Assembly (NCBI GenBank): GCA_002245135.1
Contig: NGBS01000586.1
Coordinates: 62,001-126,000 of the forward strand
DNA length: 64,000 nt
Direction: 5' to 3'
Origin: Proteromonas lacertae
Lineage: Eukaryota
Shown here: one piece after another, positions 53,489-64,000 of the stretch
How positions within the stretch are numbered: the stretch's first letter is position 1
How the letters are laid out: every line of letters begins with the position of its first letter
The notes under the pieces: model-generated
Told to the model about the DNA's origin: nothing
The model's database searches: none
Seen by the model: only the letters and a program-made list of their open reading frames with translations
Translations under genes and position numbers: made by a program

Positions 53489-54086
53489 ATGATTAAATTC
53501 TTTATAATGGTGAACAAGCAGGGACAAACCCGTCTTGCGCAGTACTATGATTTCTTAGAAATGAATGAGAGAACGACATTAGAAGCTGAAGCTGTGAGAA
53601 GATGTCTTTCAAAACCCCAAGATTTTGTATCACTCTTATTAATTCATTTAATAATAATAGTGTTCATTCATAGAATTCAGAGGCTACAAGATTGTCTGTA
53701 GACGTTATGCATCTTTGTATTTCATGGTTGGCTTCAATCCAGAAGATCAAGATGTATATACTCAAATTATTCAAACCATAAAATAGAATGAGATGGCAAT
53801 TTATGAGTTCATTCACACTTACGTTGAGAGTTTAGATATATTATTAAACAAAGTCGTATATTCATATTATCATTATTATAAAATAGACTGAATTAGATAT
53901 ATCCACTTTTTGTTATTGATTAATTCTTCATTTCCTTAATTTCTTTAGATTATGATGAATATTGACAGAGCCTATATGCTTCTAGATGAAATGTTGAATA
54001 ATGGCTACATTGTTGACACAAATAGAAAAAATTGTTTTAAACCTGTTAATTTAATGGATAAAGTGTTAGAAAAATCAGCAAAGTAA
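53489..54086 (+). CDS. AP4S1: AP-4 complex subunit sigma; four introns, the last U12-type
   Basis: [25 protein letters not shown]..|[21 protein letters not shown]..|[48 protein letters not shown]. Confidence 0.93.
53899..53948 (+). other. U12-type (minor) spliceosomal intron with AT-AG termini, 50 nt
   Basis: 5' ATATCCACTTT; branch site TTCCTTAAT (53932-53940) ending 8 nt before the intron end. Removal restores ELD|IM in frame, and no frame-restoring GT donor is present. Confidence 0.85.
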
Positions 54087-54196
54087 GAAATTTAATATAT
54101 TATTATAAAAGTAATACATGTAATTATCGTTTGTTGATTACAAATTGTTTTTTGTGTTATTATTGAATGACAATATTTGATTGACTCAAACTTTCA

Positions 54197-54204
54197 TTTC
54201 CCGC
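54197..54204 (+). promoter_or_regulatory. E2F consensus site TTTCCCGC
   Basis: Exact TTTSSCGC 30 bp upstream of the ATG (54234) of a chromatin gene, in otherwise AT-rich DNA. Confidence 0.4.
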
Positions 54205-54233
54205 CTCATCTTTCTTTTTTTGTCTTTTTATCT

Positions 54234-54997
54234 ATGGAGGAATCACATAAACGTAAAATAGGTATTTATCCCAACAAATTTGCTTTATATGCTAATATTT
54301 ATAGATGTGATTGATGTTATGGATGATTCTAAGTATACTTTTGTGAATCTTACATATTTGTATAGCAATTCTATAAATACTAAATCTAATACATCCATGT
54401 ATTGTAATTATGTTTTATAAAACCAATAGTTGTCAAATATGTACTAAGAACAAAAAAGATGAACAAACTATCAAATGTACTAAATGTTCTCAATCATATC
54501 ATGAATCATGGTAATTTCATTTGTATTATATATATAGTTTGGACGATAGTATTGAAGATCCTTTCATTTGTGAAAAGTGTCAGTATTTAAAATCATCTCT
54601 ATAATCTAGAAAATCGGATGAAGAACCTCAAAATAAAAGAATTAAAGTATTTATATATGTTGGTTATTAATTGGTAAATAGAAAGAAGAAAAACCATTAG
54701 TTGGTCCAATTAAGATGAATAAAGAGTATGGAATAAGTAATGAATCACTATATTATATAATGGAAGTATATATCTTTATAATTCTTTAATAATATATTGA
54801 TAAATAGACACATCAATTATTAAATTATGTTTATTCAGTTGTAGAAATAAAGCCTTGCACAATTGACTTTTTAATTGAACAAATAAAATCAAATACAATG
54901 TCTTTATATATTTCAGAGACGTTTACTAACATTGTATCTTTTATTGTTGATGATTGTGGAGATAACATTTATACAGAAGAAGATGGTATATTTATAA

Positions 54998-55032
<35 letters not shown>

Positions 55033-57724
55033 TTATATAGATGTTGAAGATGAATCATCTTGTATTGATAAACAGTTGTATAAAGGTGGAAGTTTTTCAT
55101 CCTTTTGTACTTTAAACAGTTGGTTATATATTTATCGTTTATTTGTAATAAGATATGCAGATGAGTTGAAAATTCCAGATAATGTGATGAATATAGTGAA
55201 TAGTTGTTATGATCATGAATTTACTGATTTAAGTATAGATGAAAGAAGTGTTTTGTTGTATTATATAATGGAGAATCTATATGATTGTGAAAAAGTAATA
55301 GATTTTATAAATAACCAAGTAACAGAACAAAATTCTATATATACACAACATTTAAACAATTTGAAAGAAATTAGAGAATCAATAAAGTCAGTAAAAGAGA
55401 AAGGAAAAGATATAACAGTAAAAATCAAAGCAATATCATCAGTTTTGTCACAGTTTAGCTCAAATAGTTCAAATAATTTATGGTATTTAAGAGATGATCA
55501 ATTAACATCAAATTTCAATTTTGAAGATGATGAAAAAAGAATTGAAAATTTAACCATTCCAGAATCTCTAACTAAATTCTTAGATGAAAATAAAGAGTTT
55601 GAAATCTATAATAAAATGATGATACAAGCTAAAAATGACAGATTTAAACAATTAAAAAGAAGATTTCAAGCAGAAAAAGAGTTATGTGAAAATGAAGGAA
55701 AGAAATTTGATGTAAGAAATTATTTAATCACAATCCAATCAAAACAAAAGACTTTCAGTACAAAATTGAAATTCCATTTTCAACAATTATTAAACGATAA
55801 AAACCCTGATTTATTGAATGAAGCTTTTAAATATGGATTATGTGATAGATATGTTAAGAAATTTGCTTATCCAATAGTTGTTATTTATATGATATTAAAT
55901 GAATTATATAAAAGTGCAAGATTATACAGAGATCCAGATGAGATTATTAATAAGAAAATAAGTGATGAAAATGAGGATTTTGATAGATTATTAATGAAGA
56001 ATGCTGTTAGAATAAAACCAATTGGAGATGATTCTAATGGAAATAGATATTTTATATTACCTTTTGATAGTTCGAAGTTATATTTTTGTCATTATTCTTT
56101 TTCGAATTTTAATAGTAGTATATATATAATGTATTTATGATAATTTCATAGTTTATACATTTGAACCAACTGATGTAAAATGTAAATGGTATTATTATGA
56201 TGGTTTTAAAGAGATAAATGACTTTTATATACACCTTGATCATTCATGCAAAGAATTGAGATTGAATATTGAAAAGCATCTCACTTTCTTTGAATTAGAT
56301 AATTCGTCATTAGCTAAAAGATATAGAAAGAGTCTGTATATATATAATATTATGTTTTATAATAGAGATGCTGTAAATATTGAAGATATTGATATAGGAA
56401 TTGAGTCATTAATTGGAATATTATCATCATTAGAAGAAAGTATTCATGACAAATTGATCTTCAAAAATATAAAATGGAAAGATGAATATGAGAATTGGAT
56501 AAAAGATTTAAGCAAATGTGATAATATGAAAGGTATATTTAAACAAGTGAATGTGTTTAACGATTTTCTAAATGATATACAAACGAATTATAATGAAGAT
56601 AAGTTAATAAAAGCATTATGGAAAGATGAAGGGTTGAAAAGTAGATGGATTTCTGTATAATATATTTATTTGTTTATTTTTTATATTGAATTTAGTTAAT
56701 GGATCCTTCTCCAACATTTGGTTCTTTTCATGTTGCATTAATAATTTTACAAAATGTTATTAATCGTTCAAACTTTAAGAAGATTCATGTAGTTAAACCT
56801 ATTAAAAATAAAGAAAAGGACAAAGAAAAAGAGAGTGAAAATACAAAAAAGAAAGATTTCTCATCTCCAGGTATATACAGAAATCTTAGAAAAAGAGATA
56901 ATAAGCCAAAAGAATCGAAATTAAGTGATAAAATAAGATGTGCTGAATGTCATGACACAGGAGGAAACTTGGTACATTGTTATGATTGTAACAGATATTT
57001 CCATTCAGATTGTATTGATCAAAATGAAGATGGAGAATATATATGTTATGAATGTCAGAATAATGATAATGAAGATGATGAAGATGAAGATGAGAATGAA
57101 AACGTATTAATATTATTTCCATTATAATAATAATTATTATTAAATAGAGTGGAAGTGATAGTGATGATTGGGATAATAAATGTGGAGTTTGTCACAGATC
57201 AGGAGATTTATTATGTTGTGATGGATGTACTGCAGCTTTTCACTTGAAATGTATTGGTTTGAATAAAGTACCAGAAGATGATTGGTATTGTGATAAATGT
57301 ACAAAGATTGCTGAGAAAGTAAAAGGTAAAAAGAGTAAAGATAAAGAATCAGGAGATAGTGAAGAAGAGGAAGAAAGTGAAGAGGATAATAGCGAAAGTT
57401 CTTGTACAATATGTGGTGTTGGTGGAAGTTTAATATGCTGTGATAAATGTCCAAAATGTTATCATTTGAAATGTGTGAATTTAACTGTATAATTATATTA
57501 TATTATATTATTATGTTTATTTCAATCTATAGGATGTTCCTGAAGGAGAATGGATTTGTCCAAGATGTAATAGTGATAAATGTGTGATGTGTAATGAAGA
57601 AAAAGGTAAAGGAGAGGTTGTATATTGTCAAATATGTAAAAATATGTTTCATATTGATTGCTTAGGAATAAGAAGAATTCCCACTGGTTATTGGTCATGT
57701 AAAAATTGTCGTCTTAAAGCCTAA
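54234..57724 (+). CDS. PHD-DDT-WHIM chromatin factor (BAZ/ISWI partner-like), one N-terminal and four C-terminal PHD fingers, many short exons
   Basis: CQIC..CTKCSQSYHESC..FICEKC; WHIM1-like FTDLSIDERSVLLYYI; WHIM2-like RIKPIGDDSNGNRYF; PHDs CAECHDTGGNLVHCYDC, CGVCHRSGDLLCCDGC..WYCDKC, CTICGVGGSLICCDKC..WICPRC, CVMC..CQIC..FHIDC..WSCKNC. Confidence 0.82.
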
Positions 57725-57817
57725 TTAGAATAATAAATATAGATTTACTTTTATTTCAATTAAAAACAAAATAAATCATAAATCTAAAGTATAAAGAGAA
57801 AAAAACACAAAATATTA

Positions 57818-60800
57818 CTATTCTTTTCCTTCTCTGACAGTACTGCTTCTCATTGGAGGAGGATCGCTTGATTTACTCTCACCACCTTTTCTAGGATTTG
57901 GAATGTAAGAAAACTGTTTACTTGACCCACTCATCAATAAATCACTTTCACAAGCATAACACCTCCTTTGATTTCCAGCATTAGGTCTATGACACCTGGG
58001 GCACATATGAACTTCACTCCAATCAATATAAGGATTTTGATAACTGCAAATTTCGCAATATTGTTTCCTTTTATTCAAAAAGTTACAAAATGGACATGTA
58101 AACATTCCTGTTCTATCAAATTCTTCTTTCTTCTTCTCATAATCAGTAAAAGCACCAACAGGAACTACAGGATTGTAAGTTAAATGTGGAAATCCTCCTA
58201 CTCCTCTCATTGGCATTGTTTGATAACCCATTCCACCAAAATATTGAGGTTGTTGTTGTTGTTGTCCATACACTGGTAATGTCTGTGAATAAGGTGATTG
58301 ATTGTAATAATTATCATTATAATTATTTGATTTGAATGATTCTGGTGATGGTATATGCAATGTATCTAAGAAATAAGGTAATGAACAATAACCCAATTCA
58401 TTTGGATCAATTGCATTCATTAGAATATTCAATTGTTTGGGAGATAAGTTATATCCTTCTCTGTTAAGGTAATTATATAAATCTCTGACATTTAATCGAT
58501 CATTCACTGAAATACGTTTAAGTTCTTCATAGATATCATAATATCTTCCTAATTCTTTGATTCTATCTTTAACAATTATTTCAATTTCTCTAATTTCTTT
58601 ATTTCCTTTACTGCCTCTTAAGTCATTATCATTAAACTTTGATTCTGATGTTAAACTATCTTCGACTAATTGAATACCATCACTTATCCTTCTAATAAAT
58701 TGTTCTACATCAATTCCACCACCACCATTTGGTAAACTAAACCATTTCATTATACATTCCCATTCTCTATCATTCAACTTCTGTCCAACAGCTTCAAGAG
58801 CACTCCTGAATTCTCTTTTTGTAACATCCCCTTTACCTTCTTTTTTGCCTGTTTCTTTATCCAAATATAAGTGATAAGTTTTACTAAGTTTCTCCAAAGT
58901 TTCTCTGAATTGTGATATTACATTTGGATATCTTTTAACCCAATCACTAAGTCTTTTTATAATTTCATCTATTAAAGTTGAATCTTCTAATGATTTATAA
59001 TTTGGTAATAATTTTGCTAAAAATTCTTCATAATCAATTGTTCCATCATTATTAGCATCAAAGTGTTTAATTACTGCAACTTCTTCTGATTCTTTTAATG
59101 TGGTTATTCCCAGTTCTTTTAATGCTCTAATAAATTCAGCTTTTGATAGTGTTCCACCTCCATTCTTATCAAATCGATCAAACAATCTTCGAACTGAATC
59201 GATATTATCTTCTCTTATTAATGTCTTTAATTTGGCAATAATCTGAGTTACAACGGCATTATCATCAACTCTTTGGTCAGTGGATAAAAAGGCGAAGAAT
59301 TCTTCATAAGAAATTTGTCCGTTTCTATCCAAATCAAATTTGCTGAATAGTATTTCAATATCATCATCATTGGGAGTTGGATCAACTAAAGTACGAATTG
59401 CCTGTCTGAATGTATTTTTATCAATATATCCTTTATGATTCGTATCTAAGGCTTCAAATGCTTTTCTAAACTCTTTTCCTTGAGTTTCTGCTATGATTAT
59501 ACTCTTCTTTAATCTTTCTATTATTTCATCATTTGTTTCAGATGGTAATAAGATTTGAAATAATTTATAATTAATCATTCCTTTTCTATCAGGGTCAAAT
59601 TCAGTAATACAAGTAGCTTTAATTTCATCATTCACTTCAACTTTGTAATCTTTCAAAATACTACAAAAATCTTTGAATTTTATCTCACCTTTACCACTTT
59701 TATCTAATTTCTTAAACTTCTGTTTAATCTCTGGTGTTTTAGATGCAGGAATTGCTTGTTTAATAATTTCCTTTAATCTTGCATAACCAATACTTTTACT
59801 CAACTCTTCATCTTTTATATACTCTACTTTACTCTCTTCATCTTCATTCAAATCATCATCATCAGGTATAAACTGAATTGATACTTGTAACATTGCAACT
59901 GTATCTCCTTTGTTATCTTCTATTCTTACAGGAATTGGACTAGCAATTAATGCTTTTTCTAATAGTTTTTTACTCAATACTTTATGACCAAGTTGTTCAG
60001 ATTGGATTAGTTTATCTCTTATCATTATAAAGTCAATTCCAATATCATTCTGATTGCCTTGATACTTTAACTTTAATACTTTTTTATCAGATTTTATCCA
60101 CTTCATCACTGTACCAGGTATTTGTTGTTTTACTTCCTTTGTTTCATCAGTTTCTTTTGTTGGTAATAACATTACTTTGACTTTACCAGAATCATAGTTA
60201 TACTGTTTAGCTTCATGGATTGTTATGTAAATTGTACCAGCTGTGTCTATTTTGGGTAATTCTTTAGGAATTGAACTGTTATATTCTACACCTTCAGCTT
60301 CTAAATCAATTGGTAATAAATTCAAAGTACCTGATAATAAACCAACTTCTAAATGTCTTCTATTTTCTAACTGTATAAAGAATGTTTCTGAAGAGAGTAT
60401 GTATTTCTTTATATCGCTTATATTCATTGTGGCTGTACCAATATTAATATCACTATGAGGAGCTGTATCATATAAATCAAAGACTAATGAAAGTGAATTA
60501 CCATAATATAAACCTGGAAACTTTAATAATACTTCATTCTCCTCATGATTTGTCCAAATCACTTTGTAGGTTGTGTTTAGACAATTTACATCATTGGATG
60601 ATCTTGTTGAACCTCTGTAGAGCTTACCATCTAATGGAAGAAGTTTAACTGTAACATATGGACGACAATCACCTACTGAAGATAGTTGTACACCTGAAGC
60701 TTCGTTGATTATGACGGTTAAACTACCTTCATTATATAAGTCATTCTCTGTGAGTTTAATGTTTGCTCTTTGCTGATTGGTTAGTTTTCTAAGCAACTGT

Positions 60801-61804
60801 TCTTCATGTATTAAGTTAATGAATTCATCTAAACTTATCTTTCCACTATGATCTAAATCAAACCTTGTAAACTATATTACAAAATACAATAAAATAATCA
60901 TATAATATATACTAGTAAAGCTAATTCTTCATCATTTAAGATTATTTTTTGATTAGTTACATTTGCCATTCCTGCCTTTATTTCAGATTTATCAATTACA
61001 CCATCATGATTCCTATCCATCTGTTTGAAAAAGTCATAAGTATTTGTTCCACGTTTAGATGCTTCATTCACTGCATCTTTTAACTTTTGAATCAACTTAT
61101 CAATTCCATCTAATAAGAAATGGGTTAATCCTTGAATGGTTAAACCTCTATAAATATAAAAGTAACAGAATATACTGCGGTGTTGGAGTCTGTGTTATTT
61201 TACACAACAATTTCGCATAATCATCAGATTTTTCAAACATAAAATAAAATGGTTTATTACTAAATAATGAGTATAAAGTCTTTACTTCAATCTTATCATG
61301 TGAACCAGAAGCACCTAAATTAACAAACAACGATTCAACATTGAAATATTCATTATGACCTAAATCTAAAGCTTTCTTTCTATATTCTGTTTGTATCTTT
61401 GAATAAGCTGTAGATACACCTTCATCACCTTTTAATTTGACATAATCAGTACCATCAGAATGTTTGGATACTTTATTTGGATTAGGAAGACCAGCTGTGT
61501 CTGTATTGAGATTATCCTCCCACCAGATTTGAAAGAATTTGTAATAGTCTACAATTGAACCTTCTAACATCTTTTCTTTTGTACACCATTCTTTCAACTA
61601 ATAAATATAATATAATATATATATATATACTTCATCTAAGAGTAATCTACAATTTGAATCTGTCAATATTCTATGAAACTCTATTATTTCAATATGTCCT
61701 TTCTTCATTCCAATTAATGTTTTGAATTGAATATATTTTAATGAATCATCTGCTAGTTGATCAGCAAAATAGGCTAATGATTGTTCTATTTCTTTAGGTT
61801 TTAA

Positions 61805-61845
<41 letters not shown>

Positions 61846-63012
61846 TAATACGATAATGCAGTTTTAAATTCTTTCACATCTATTTTCTTATCTTTAGATT
61901 CATCTAAATAATCAAATGCAATTTTCAACTCTTTATTTTTATACTTTAACATCAATTTCTCGCATAGTTTCGTAAACATACTTTGGTCCATTTTATTATC
62001 TTTAGAATATTCTTTAATAAAAACATCAAATGTGAGTTGTTTATCAATTAAATAATCTCTTATCACTTTTAAGATAGATTTTGTTAAACTTCCCTATTTA
62101 TTATATATATATTATACAGTCACTACATTTCTCGTTCCAATTTCTGTTTCCAGTACTTTTGGTAGTGAAGTTATTGTTTCACAATGTAATACCCATAAAT
62201 ATACTGGATAATTGTTAAACTTACATATAGGATCATCAATACATACAAACCCTTTCTCTCTATATCTCATTATATCATCATCAGCTATATATGAATATTA
62301 TTATGATTATTATTATTATACATGTTTGTAACTTTAAATCTATAATTGGTGTATCACATGTAGGATCTCTTTTTACATACAAGAATTTTCCAGAATATGT
62401 TTTTACATAATTGTTGAATATATCTTTTAAAGCTACAAAATCTATTCAAAAAAAATAGAATAAGAATGTGAATATATATATATATATATATATACTTTCA
62501 ACTATCAACTGTTTATCAACTTTCTTTGTTGTAACTTTTATATCAACAATTCTTTCTTTTAAAAATTCATTTCGGCAAATATAAGAATCAGAATTCTTCA
62601 AACAATACCAAAATGAACCATTCTTTGACAAAAATCCACCCATTTTGAAAGCTGTTAATCTGTCTTGCAATTTATAAGGAATAAACTTCATTTCTCTATA
62701 TTTTGATTCATTATTACCACTTGTAGCAAATCCAAATGATGTCACACATCTAAAAATCATTTCAATTATAAAAAAATATACCGTTTTATATCTCCAAATA
62801 AATCACTACATTGAAGTCCTAAGAAATTTTGAAATTCAACCAATAATAAATCAGTCTTATTTCCTTTTAGTATTTTATATAAAAATACTAACTGATCTTT
62901 TGTTAATGAGCTAAAGCCAAGGAATCTAACCATCTCACTATCGAATCTACTATAACTCATTACACTTGGTTTTACAGCCATACTTAATCGACGATACTCT
63001 TCAAAGAATCTA

Positions 63013-63052
<40 letters not shown>

Positions 63053-63655
63053 TAAATATACGGATAATCATCCCGTTTGGATAAGAAAAACTTGACTTCC
63101 AGACGGATTTTGTATAAGATTAACTTCATCTCATCTTCATCGTATAAAATGTAGTTCATAAACTCGGCATATGCTATTGTATTACTATTATCTGCATCTA
63201 TTAATTCGAATGCTAGTTTTGCATCATTTTCTGTAATTGTTAGTAAATCAGAAGCACCTAATAATATATCACTATCACTACATATATATACTAAAAATTT
63301 TAGGTAACATATTCTTAAACTCTTCACGGGTTATTGTTCCACTGTAATCTTCATCTGCTGTAAAAAATAAAGTTCTTATTCGCTCTTTAATCAACTCTAA
63401 TTCAGAAATCTTTTGGTTTTTATTCGCTTGCACTTTTTGTTTAATTACTTCTCGAATCTTGTGACCCAACTATATATTAATCATATCAACAAATTTATAT
63501 ACAACATCTGCTTTTATTTTACTCATATATGCTTTATCACTCTTCTCAATAGCGTTTAGTCTTCTTTCATTATTGAATACTACATCTTCTGTTAATTTAC
63601 TATCTTCATAGGGTGGTGGGAAATTAAAAGTAATGTCTTCTGGTGGCTTGAACAT
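57818..63655 (-). CDS. Large multi-EF-hand protein with two C2-like domains and C-terminal RanBP2-like zinc ribbons (multi-exon; could be more than one gene)
   Basis: EF loops DEDYSGTI, DADNSNTI, DRNHDGVI, DKSGKGEI, DTNHKGYI, DLDRNGQI, DKNGGGTL, DANNDGTI; C2-like GSLTVIINEA..PYVTVKL and GTIYITIHEA; CPFC..CEIC and CPRC..CYAC. Confidence 0.78.
61808..61841. repeat. Intronic (TA)n microsatellite; similar tracts at ~55001-55028, ~62472-62494, ~63017-63050, ~27976-27992
   Basis: Perfect TA dinucleotide runs, all inside predicted introns. Confidence 0.9.
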
Positions 63656-63876
63656 AATTAAAATTTAAAAATAGAAAAACAAACTTGTTTGAAATAATTC
63701 AAATCTATAATGAAAAGTATAACGAATCATTTCAAATGAATGGTATAGATGAAATATTCTCAAGAATTAATCTATTTTAATTATAATATTTGTAATAGAT
63801 AAAAAGAAGAGTAGAAAAAAGTAAAAATGAAGTAAATGAAGGATATTTAGTTTGTAAAGCTTTAAAGAAATTTTAG

Positions 63877-64000
63877 TTTTGGTGTTTATTTTTGATGTTT
63901 TTATTCAATGGTTTTGCAACCCCAATTTCTTCTTCGTATTATAAAACAATGGGTGAAGAACGAGTAACTAAAAATGGAACATTTCTTACTTGGGTTGGTT
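63877..64000 (+). CDS. Possible 5' portion of a secreted-protein gene running off the window
   Basis: After an AG at 63876 the frame reads FWCLFLMFLFNGFATPISSSYYKTMGEERVTKNGTFLTWVG and stays open to the end of the window. Start exon unresolved. Confidence 0.3.

Noticed and set aside
1..64000. Alternative genetic code or stop-codon reassignment
   Set aside because: Long ORFs translate correctly in the standard code, conserved Trp is TGG, and in-frame stops are explained by introns or indels.
1..64000. tRNA, rRNA or snRNA genes
   Set aside because: No GC-richer structured segment or recognisable conserved RNA motif was seen by eye; a covariance-model search would be needed to exclude them.

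Overview
Very AT-rich, gene-dense eukaryotic nuclear DNA in the standard genetic code, with many tiny (about 24-50 nt) GT-AG introns. The gene content points to a flagellated or flagellum-gene-retaining stramenopile, most plausibly the gut-dwelling Opalinata (Proteromonas or a Blastocystis relative); this is inference. About 23 genes can be reconstructed, several of them missed or fragmented by the ORF track: a giant coiled-coil protein, a mastigoneme-type EGF protein, aminopeptidase P, a bacterial-type O-acyltransferase, DUS1, a divergent Hsp70/110, GPR180/TMEM145-like, PUS3, VPS8, a CHHC zinc-finger protein, TTC29, TMEM218-like, AP-4 sigma, a DDT/WHIM/PHD chromatin protein and a large EF-hand/C2 protein. 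Most notable: (1) a three-member torsin-like AAA+ family, one soluble member with Walker A and two tandem membrane-anchored members that have lost the nucleotide-binding motifs, resembling a torsin plus LAP1/LULL1-type partner system; (2) a 50-nt AT-AG U12-type minor intron after a 12-nt micro-exon in AP4S1; (3) a tandem array of three large paralogous type I surface proteins with no family I recognise. Scattered single-base frameshifts, many in homopolymers, look like assembly indel errors. Family calls come from reading motifs by eye, not database searches, and exon boundaries are approximate.
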